Below the pieces are notes generated by a model, which saw only the letters and a list, made by a program, of their open reading frames with translations, had not been told where the DNA came from and made no database searches. DNA of 64,000 nt from Haliotis rufescens (lineage: Eukaryota). The stretch is from positions 9,858,001 through 9,922,000 of the forward strand of contig NW_025963891.1 of the NCBI RefSeq assembly GCF_023055435.1, read 5' to 3'. The translations under genes and the position numbers were made by a program. Of the stretch, positions 38,101 to 48,446 are shown one piece after another (the first letter of the stretch is position 1; every line of letters begins with the position of its first letter).

Positions 38101-40879
38101 ATGAAGACCTTTTTCGCATTTGTTGTCGCTGTTGTAGCAAGCCAGGGTGAGTGTTTTAAATGGCCATGCCTTCTTACTATCCCCTTCTCAGCAGATACGA
38201 CGGTAGTGGCTAAGGCGCAGCAATATAATATTTGAAGATATCCAATTATATGCATTAATCAGGAATTGTTTTCTGAAAATGTTTACATTGATCATTTATG
38301 ACTAAAGTTGACGCGTTGACGTTTTATATTTACATGTTTTCAGCTATGGCCCTGTCGAAACAGGGTGGAAATGATGAGTGCGCTGATTGCATCGCTTTCA
38401 TTACTGATCGCCAGGAGATGGAACTCGAATCGATTGTACGTAAATAATACCGACTATATCCCATGATAGTTCGTAAAAATCGTGTTATTTCCAAACGTAC
38501 CCACTAACATATACGTACATCTTTAGAACACTATCTTTTTAATTATACACTATGGTTTATATCCTTACCCTCAATATAATAGATAGAGTAATACTCAACC
38601 AAGTATTCGTTTCGGAATCTACATCTGAATTTTCCAATTTCCCCAAATAAATGGCAACTTTCCAGTCGTTGGTAGAATATGTCACTGAACCCTACTCTCA
38701 TATATTTATCAGTATTCTATCTACTACAAATAGATCTATTACTACATATAATTGAAAATAAGTCTACCCCTAAACGTAAGGAGGTAAACATGTCACAAAT
38801 ACACTCTTGTCTCTTCTCCAGATCTAATGTACTGAGTTTTTATATAACGTGTTTCAGGAGGAACAGGAAGCAAAAATGAACAACGTCTGTTCTTCAATGG
38901 AACCCAGCAAGGTGGAAGAGGTCAGACAAGTAATAGTTCTCAAAAGTAAACAAACGGATTTCATAAACAACAAGATCAGATGTTTCATTGCAAAGAGCAA
39001 TGTTCTGAATATACCACAAGGTAGATAATTAAAATAATATATATTCAATGCAAACTGTGTGGATCCTTAACGCTGTGAATGAGATAAACTAATATTTATA
39101 TGGTATTAACAAGATAGATAATTAAAAAGGAACAATAATCTATATTCATTGCAAACTGTGTTGATCCTTATAAACGCGTATTTGCAGTGTAAGACAAAAG
39201 TGCAGAAAATATGCCAGAAGAAGAAGGACAAAGTCAACAGTCAGGTAACTGTTAATTTTTACATCATCCGAAATCCGGCTCCAATCAATGGACTAATCAC
39301 GAAGCACAAGATTGCGTCAGCTTACATTTGCATATACTGACATCATGAAAAAGGTGATTGATCCAAAAAGTTCAGGAATATACCAATCAGATGGAATTTA
39401 GATACCGGGGAAGGAGATTGAAAACTCTATATCAGCATCCTTTTTCAGAATTATAACCTTTATCATGTTTTCACTGAGTTACACAAAATGCTGAGGATTG
39501 GACTACGTTTTTTCCCTTTAACTCTATAATTATTATTGTACACTGCGAGTAAGCAAAAGGATTTGGTTTTACAACATATCATGTAATTGTGTTCACCTTC
39601 ACAGACCCCAGAAGCCATCTGTAAAGCCACCAAGTACTGTCCGTCGCTTGATACCGTCAACATGAACACACCCACAAACAAGGCAAGATTAATACCTAGT
39701 ACTAGTCCACTAGTCAACAGGTTTAACAGTTTAACTTATCAAACTTACACATAATCAAATGATTGTATTAACGTGTTCTTGGTTTGTACAATCTACTGGG
39801 TTCGAAAGTAGGTTCTTCTTTCGTCACACTTATTGTGCTGCAATATTAGTGTTACATTGGTTACAAGCGAAAGTCTAAAAACTGTAGGTATAATGATGTA
39901 TTCAATTTGTCATTTGATGTTTCCGTAGGTTGGAGGGAAACGGCGATGCAAGGACTGCAAGAACTTTCTCAAAGACGTCAAAGAAAGGCAAATGGACACT
40001 GTTGTGAGTGACAAATGTTGAGAAGGTTTATCACTCCTATGTTGGTTTGGCATATTTGCATTATTTCCAGAAAATACATAAAGTATGTACCATCTTGTTT
40101 TAAGTTAAATTAACAAATCGTACACGTTGATGTAATGCAATCATAAAATCATGACTACGTGCAGTTAAAACTTTTCTTTTACAGGCCTCTGTAAATGAAC
40201 TGATCGAAACCATGTTCTGTGAAAAGCTCAGCGAAGACCGCGAGGAACAGGTGTGTATATAGTTATCCAATTATTGTTCAGTTTTCTTATTATGATATAA
40301 ATTCAGGAGTTCTTTCCTTATTGTAGTCCTAGACAATCCATGTGTTTGACACCATGAGTATTGGATACAATATCATGTACCTTCCAAGTCAGCGTGCTTG
40401 ACCATCTGATCCCGTTAGTAGCCTCTCATATAATGTTACTGTTAATTTCATAATCAGTCATCACATATATTCTGATATCCTTTTATAATGTGTGTGTGTA
40501 CAATTTCAAATTTTTCTAATTATTTTTGAGCATTCTGTGTACTCTGTTTCAGTGTGCTGACTTTTTAAATGCAGCAATCGAAATGGAAATCGCTCTACTA
40601 GATTTGGTGGTAAGTAAATTTTGGATGTGTAAGTGAGATACTCATTGTTTTAAGACATACATAAACTTACACTTTACAGGCATATATACCGATGTTTTTA
40701 CACATATCCATTAAGGCCACTTATCAATATGTATGATCCGACTGAAGTATAAAACCTGGCTAGTTAGAGTTAAAAGACTACTGTTTATTCAATTAAACAT
40801 ATGTAAAAGATTGGAACATTTTTTATTACAGAATGTTAAAACGTCATGCAAACTACTTGGTATGTGTGGTGCCAACTAG
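38101..40879 (+). CDS. Copy E: secreted two-domain saposin-like protein (SAPLIP), 193 aa, 9 coding exons, intact
   Basis: Exons 38101-38146, 38344-38435, 38858-38920, 39188-39244, 39605-39682, 39929-40003, 40185-40250, 40553-40609, 40832-40879 (582 nt). All acceptors AG; all donors GT except intron 5 (GC). Protein: MKTFFAFVVAVVASQAMALSKQGGNDECADCIAFITDRQEMELESIEEQEAKMNNVCSSMEPSKVEECKTKVQKICQKKKDKVNSQTPEAICKATKYCPSLDTVNMNTPTNKVGGKRRCKDCKNFLKDVKERQMDTVASVNELIETMFCEKLSEDREEQCADFLNAAIEMEIALLDLVNVKTSCKLLGMCGAN*. Signal peptide plus two C-x2-C-x25/26-C-x10-C-x23-C-x5-C arrays (saposin B spacing). TATA at 38042. Confidence 0.9.
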
Positions 40880-41836
40880 TTGTAAGGTGAGTCGTATTGA
40901 ACGTGATATTGGCGAGGGAGGGTGAAGTGATCCGAAATGATTTTTTAAGATCGTGTTCAAGATTACTGCACTCCATGTGGCGGCTTGTTCTTGTCCGGAC
41001 TTTATAGTGCTTGCTCACTGAGATGACATGTTGCAGTGTCACATGGAAACCCCACTATGACACATAATACTCAGACAACGAGCCGGCCAGTGTTTGTTGA
41101 TGGTTGATGTTGCGCTAAAGCACAAACGGGTGCTTTTGAACATTGCTACTCTCCTTTTACAAATTGAAATTATATACTGTTTCGTGTTGATTCCCAAATT
41201 GAAATAGCATGTTAATCCAGAAATCTGAGCGTTAAAGAACTTTGTGTGAAACCAACAAACAAGCAGCATGATGTATACAATCAACAAATGAATAACAAAA
41301 ATTAACTAGGTTTACAAATCAGGAAAAAATACTCCACATTAATTACAATAGCTCCTCGGGCAGACGCTCTGTCCAATTCACCATGGAGTTTCTCCTTCTG
41401 TCTGGTTTCACCACTGTCTGAGGAACAAGTTTCGGTTGGAACTATTGACTGTTTGTTTAGTACACTTCAACGCCGAAATCAACAATATTTCAGCTATATG
41501 AAGGCCTGTCTGAGCCAGACAAGCCAGAAACTGTGCACACCTTTGGTACACGATTACACGCAAACGGCAAAATTACCGAGCCTGACCACTCGACCCATTA
41601 AGTCGCCTCTATCGACCAGCATAGGTTGATTGGGAGAAATACCTACTCTGGGCCAACTGTCTTCTGCTCCCCGGACAGACGTTCTAACCACTTCTACACG
41701 AAGGCGGTTTATCGGGAGATGGTCCTCATGCGTTGTGCAAATAGTACGCTTTCCTGATGACTAGTCATGATATAAACTACTATTACATTATCAAACATGA
41801 CACGGTTAACTTCATCTTGAACTTTCGGCATTGCAG

Positions 41837-41925
41837 ATGCTGAAAATGCTGCCTCTCGATCTTTCATCGCCCACGGACAACGTCACATGTAAACCATGGT
41901 CAATAAAACTTTGCATTTAACCAGA
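41837..41925 (+). other. Probable non-coding terminal exon (3' UTR) with poly(A) signal, copy E
   Basis: Conserved AAG|GTGAGT donor 7 nt after the stop codon (40886|40887), conserved TTGCAG acceptor ending at 41836, AATAAA at 41902-41907. Equivalents (exon start/signal): F 52083/52148, G 62066/62131, D 29486/29421 (-), C 22140, B 16266 (-). Confidence 0.6.
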
Positions 41926-44183
41926 GTACTGTTGTTGCTTAGACGGTTTATGTGAGATATGGAGATCATGTGTTGAACTTTGCTCATGTAATAGGCACGT
42001 GACAATTATTTAGCAAGGGGATCCTAGTCGAACGCCATACAAGACTTGTTAAACTTTTGTAAAACATAGACTCTCGACAGTCAAAATTTTGAGGATAGAG
42101 GAAGTGAGTTTGGTTTGGATTGTCCAAGGAACGCAACTCTGCACAGCAAATAGTAGCGCCTCAGGCGACTGAACCAGCCGTATCCTCACGCTTAAGGATA
42201 GACCATTATGGGGTGAACTAAATACCCAGAACCAGACATTATACGATTAAAGAAGGAGACACATGTATACAGGATCAAGACAAATGTACATAATAAGTTC
42301 TCAGAAGTTAATTCCTGAAACAAATTGAAATAAAACGGTTATTGGCTAATGAACCCATTACGATCACTATTTCAACAAATATCTAAAGAATATAAAAAGA
42401 ACGAAGCTATCGCCTAATTAGCGACTTGTACAGCAAAGAGTGAGTGAGTTAACGCCTAGCATTGGACAATAAGTGAAGGAAACATTACATTCCTTAGAAC
42501 TATTATCAGATTGAAACCAGACCTCTCCTTCATTTGAATGGTTGAAGTTTCACCAACGTTACAAAATTTTAACTCAGAACTAATCAACTTGAAATATATG
42601 AATAAACTTTAACTTTAAAGCCCCAGCAATAAGCATGACCTTTGATGGGGCACAAATTTCTCTTGTATCACAAGGTAAGAGATTCACTCTAACTGGTGGT
42701 CTGGTGACTCTCTTGGAACACCTCCTTTCAGTCTCTTCACATTCCTGCTGTAGTAAAGTTGGTCTGGTATACATCTTGTCAAGCTCTAATAATGATGTAC
42801 TCGTAGTGTCTTGATGGTCATCTGGTTCGCATGGCTTGCACTGCTCACTGAATCTTACTTACAGTCACGGTTTCTTTCTGCCGACCTAGTAGTTTCCTAC
42901 TCGCATATGAGTGAGTGAGGAGTGAGTATAGCTTTACGCCACTTCTATATTTCAACAATATCATGAAAGGGACACCGGAACATGGGCTTCATGCATTGTA
43001 CTCAGGTGTGAATAAAACCCGGGTATTCGTCGTGACGAACTAACACTTAAACAACTAGGCTATTCCATCGTCCCTGTGATGTGCAGTACTAGGTATCAAT
43101 ATAAATAAGGAACATTTGGTTAAAATAGAGACCAGAAACATCCATAAGTCCATAAGACAGTATTATTATAGATAAGTGGTGGTGGTTGTGTATTAGATCT
43201 TCGGTCGTATACCAAACTTGCGATCACAACCAAATGAGGACACCAAACATAAAGTACTTAAAGTGCCGAAACGGCATTCGAACACTGGCTGCCTGCGTAA
43301 AGAGTGAGCATACTGGAGACTATTATAGTATAGTATGGTCTAGAATATAGAACGAGACATTATGTATTAACATGAAAAGCAGAAAGCAGTGACACCATGA
43401 GAAGCATGATATAGTGTTCAAAAAAGTAAACGGACTGAAGGGATCATGGCTCTCAAAAGTACTTGAAATGCCTGAACAACTTCAATGAACCATGTATAAA
43501 AATAAATATTGCATCTTATTACACTTCATCACATTGTTTGTTTTTGTGATTATGTAATTCACTTACTTTATTTGAATGTTCCTCTGGAATATAATTATAT
43601 ATTAAGTGAAAAAAAAATTAAAGTGTGACTGGAATTCAATTTTTTGAGAATTGACATAACTTAAAGTTGATGCCATAATGCGATATCACCCAAATCGATG
43701 TTATTCCACACCAGGGTGGTAAACACATTGTTGCAAAATCCAGTGGGAACATCAGTTTCACACTGTAATTTTGCATTGTCGTCAAAGCGGTATCAAGAGT
43801 CACCGATTAGGAAAAGCAGTGTCCAAACGAGTTGAATAGCTGCTGTAATTTGGCAGAACCTTTAATGTGTCTTTAGGCCACACCTATAGGAAAGTGTTTT
43901 CGCATCAGCTTTCTCCTATGCCATGCCAGGAAAATAGGGGAACAGGCGAAACCACTTTCTGTCACTCATGTAACGAAACATTCCCTGTATCGAGAGGCCA
44001 CACAGAAACACTTGGTGAAGAGGCAACAGCTGTTCGAATGATGAAAGCAGCTCGATACAACTGTGCGAATTCTGGTTCACTGAACTGAAAATAAGTGTCG
44101 TCATTATGAGCTTGATGAAAGAAAGACTAAATCATATGTAGTTGCATCATGCTGAACACACTTCAGATGTGGGTATCTGTTTA

Positions 44184-45476
44184 CAGTATGAATCATAATT
44201 ATTGAGAATTGAAAAATCTTTAAAATTGTAAATATGAATATTTCCCCCGATAAAATATAACATATTTTAAGTGAGCACAAACCTTCTTTAATCACAGTAA
44301 CATCAATATTTTATCAGACCTCCATTTGCTCCCTAACTCAGTTTTATACGATTGGGCATACTCCCTATGAGAGAGGTTAGAGTCTCATGGGTGAGAGAGT
44401 CCCAAAATCGCACCACCTCGCGCTTCATATCATCAACTTTTGTCAATCCCTTTTGGTTCACCGACTCCTTCATGAGTCCCCATAAATTTTCTATAGGATT
44501 TAAGTCCGGGCTGTAGCTGGGCCAGTCCGAAACGGTCACATTGTTTTCCACAAACCACTGCCGCGCATGTCTTGCGGTGTGTTTGGGGTCATTATCCTGT
44601 TGCAAAATCCATATATTTCCATTAAAAAAAACATCTGCATTTGGGATCAGGTGAGCTCTCAAAATGTCTCTATGCCTTTCACTGGTTAAATTAACCTCAA
44701 AGACACACATTGCCGTCGTCCCAAGTGAAGATATCCCTCCCCAAACATGAAACTTCGGACTGTCCTTTGGTCTCTGGTACAATGGAACGGAATGACATTT
44801 TGTCCACATTTTAACATTGTTAGGATACACCCATACAGAGCTCTCATCTGTGAAAATAACACTGTTCCACTCAAAGATTTCATGCGCCAAACACTACTCT
44901 ACACGTCTATCCTTGTGTTCTTGTTTCAAGAGCGAAGAGGCAATTCCTTTCTTTTTCCCATTCAAGTTCAATCAGATGTCTTCTTACTGTAGATTTGGAT
45001 ACATTTACTGTCCCTCTATTTACCATTTAATGTTGGATATTTGAGATACTCTCCCTTCTGTTTTTAGAAGCCAAAATACCCAGTCTCACACGATCACCAA
45101 ACACCAGTTTTCGAGGTCTCCCCGCTCCTTTTCTGTGCTCAATTCCTGAACGATTCTCAATATTCTTCTTAACTCTATACACTGTAGAAAGAGGAGTATC
45201 TGTGCTCTTTGCTAATGTAGCAGCATCAGTGATGCCTTCATCATGGAGCTGTAGAATCAACCTTCTTTTCTCCTCTGCATTCATTTCTGACATATATCAG
45301 GAAAAGTCGTCTGCTCCATAATCAAGGGAGATAACTCTAATTTGCAACTTCTAAAATTGAAGCGGAGTTGCTTCCCTTTGACTATACCCCAATTTTAAAC
45401 AAGTTTCAATATTGATATTTTGTGTATGCTTCCTTGAATATGACATTAAAATTCAAAATAATTTTGAACCAGACTA
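44184..45476 (-). mobile_element. Tc1 (DD34E) DNA transposon, inactive
   Basis: HTH ORF 45293-45027 and catalytic ORF 44890-44333 (FTDES, QQDNDPKH, 34 residues between D and the E of SPDLNPIE). Degenerate TIRs, TA duplication at 44182-44183 and 45477-45478. The paralogous empty site with a single TA is at ~12866. Confidence 0.9.
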
Positions 45477-46864
45477 TATCAGTTCTTAACTTTACCTGAT
45501 CATTCCGACATTAAGTAAAATCAGCATTGTCTACAACTTGTACAAATGTTACAAACAGTTTTGTGAGCCAAGTTCATTCCCAGTACTTCTCCCTTTCTTT
45601 CAATACTTTTCTCAATTATCTCTGAACAACATTTCTTGGAGGCTTTCATGCTAGGAATTCAGATTATATACACATTAAGAGTACTGTTCATAACATGAGG
45701 CATAGTACCGCATTTCTGTACATTCTGGGTCCGAGTTCCTAATCCGTTATAAAATCTGGTCATCTCCTTTCAGTCATGCATCCTGTAAAGATTTGTCAGC
45801 ATTTGTCTCACAATAACTTTAGTCTTTTAAGTGATGATACACTCCTCGGGAAGTATATGCTTTGGTCGCCTTCATACATTTTGTCCTGAGTTATTTAGGA
45901 TCTAAGAATAATTCTTGTCATTTTAAGGGATAGTTAAGAGGTTAGCACATCAGTATCTCCATGTTGAGGGGATGGTTCAAAGGTAAACACATCTGCCTCT
46001 CCTTCAATATGAACTGTACGTTCCATAAACCGTCGATTGTAGAAGCGGCGATAACATGCAGTGTCATGAGCTGTTATGTCAATTGGCAGCTATTTCTATT
46101 CTCTATTCCATCTAGGATAATCTAAATTATATATTCATGCCACCACAAAGGCTTTGCCAAGACACATCAGAAAATGCTATATTAGGCTCACGCATACATT
46201 GTTGTATGTGCATGGCGATCTTTGTAGGAACCAGGCTAAGGGAGGGTCTTACTTCTGATTGGTCAATATCATATCATATCCATTGTAACTAGCACAACAA
46301 TGGTTGTGTGTATAAATGCAGTTGCTTAATGAAGAAACATATATTTTCAGGTAAACATTTTTTTCACATGTACACACACATGCCTCTCCATCAACATGTC
46401 GTAAACACGCCTGACACCATGAAATGTACGTTTCATAAACCGTGGATTGCAGTAGCGGCGATAACATGCAGTGTCACGATTATGTCAATTGGCAGCTATT
46501 TCTTTCTCTATTCCATCTAGGATAATGGTTGTGTGTATAAATGCAATTTCATAATGAAGAAACATATATATTCAGGTAAACATTTTTTTAGATATAATTT
46601 ATTCTTATAACAACTTATTCTTGACAGAACAGATTCCTATGTTGATTAAAATCTCTGACAAAATTAGGTATCGGGTACTCAGGTCCTGTAACTTTACCGA
46701 TTGCGTGTCACTGCACTTGGACGGCGTAAGACTTTAATTATGCAAAGAAGGTATAAGACGCCGTTCCCAGACGGATCTATTATGTGTATGGCACCAGGAT
46801 ATAGTTAAAATGTTGCCAGTTGCTACCCAATTAATAAAATCACAAACAGTAATATTGATCTGAT

Positions 46865-46924
46865 TTCATTCATTCATTCATTCATTCATTCATTCATTCA
46901 TTCATTCATTCATTCATTCATTCA
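46865..46924 (+). repeat. (TTCA)n microsatellite
   Basis: Perfect tetranucleotide run. Confidence 0.97.
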
Positions 46925-47866
46925 ACTACAAGAAAATTTTCATAAACCGCCTTTACCCTTAATCAATTACCTTCAAAAGTGCAAATTCAGGCGCATAACA
47001 AAAAGAGATGCATTGGGAATCTACTAAAAATTTACTGGCATCAAAAATTCAGAAACAACAAATACAGAACCCTCCTTGATAAAACACGTCAAACTGCCAT
47101 GTGTATATCTATTTGGAATTAATTAAAACACAAATGATTACATGCAGCTGAATTGTTAAGGCAATGGAAAATAAAAACTCACTTATGTCTTAATTAATCT
47201 GGTGTGAAACTGGAAAGTAAATAGTTGAGAAATGAGCAATTAAAACGCCTTCCATACATCAGTATGACGCGTTTCACATAGCATTTACAATCTAATCAAC
47301 TCGGTTCTCGTTATGTACCCATCCAGAATAATAGTTTTACCACCCAATGGATTAGCGGTTGAATAAATAAGAGCACTCTTTGGAGTTACTGCTTGATAAA
47401 ACCTTGTATATTGCATGAGTATAATTACTACATATTCTTTGATTGGTTTAAATACAAGTCTAAAACGTTCGAATCCATGATTATCAGATACTGGCTTGCC
47501 TAAGGGGCGTAACTCTTGTCTGCGAACTACGAAACCATAGACGACTGAACCCATATCTCCCTCCATATCATATAATACAGAAATTGATAATCTTACAGAC
47601 ACTAAGAACGACCACCTTTGTATTCACGTTTAGATATAAACTGCCGGACAAAGAAAGTATAAGAGATTTTCACAAAACGTTACTAAGCTGAAAGCAGTCG
47701 CCGAAACACTGCAAAACTTAAGGTCTAAATCACCACTGCGATTCCCCTATCAAATACATCACCATCGAATACTCATTTTTGTTTGTTTCAATTTTAGCAA
47801 CAATCAAAAATGTGTGTACGCTTAATTTGGGAAAGACGTTTCTGTTTATCACCTGACTTTTGTAGA

Positions 47867-48030
47867 GTGAGTGAGAGAGTGAGTGAGTTTGGTTTTACGC
47901 CGCTTTTAGCAATATTCAAGCAATATCACGGCGGGGGACACCAGAAATGGACTTCACCAATGTAAGGAATGGATCCCGGGTCTTCGGCGTGACGAGCGAA
48001 CGCTTTATCCACTAGGCGACCTCACCGCCC
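47867..48030 (-). mobile_element. tRNA-derived SINE (family 1) upstream of copy F
   Basis: TSD CTGACTTTTGTAGA at 47853-47866 and 48033-48046. Confidence 0.9.
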
Positions 48031-48446
48031 AACTGACTTTTGTAGAATAAGCAATGTCAGCTATAGTTTAGTAACCATGTGGATGCAAAACAATTCAATC
48101 AACTGTTGACTAGTTACGAGTTCTTTCATCATGTCAATTGATTGGCGTGTGTATCACCATGGTCAACAGTAGGTGGCAAAGAGGTCTAATCAAGAGAGAT
48201 ATCAAAACAGTTATTTTATTAAGAACGCGACAATTATTGCCCCAACATGTGTAGGTTTCAAACAGAGAATATTCGTTAAGAACAGAACATCTGTCAGTCT
48301 CAGTCGTCTAATTGAATTAGTTTGCTCTTAATTAGAGCCATCCTACTGTGCGCTGTGATTGACTAAGTCACCAACCATGAAGGATTGGAACATATATAAA
48401 GCTTTTAAACACATCACAACAGTTGAATTTCTCAGCTTCAAGGAAA

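Noticed and set aside
38101-40879. Calling the gene prosaposin, NK-lysin or surfactant protein B
   Set aside because: There is no SapA domain, only two SapB units, and no recognisable identity beyond Cys spacing, so no symbol was assigned.
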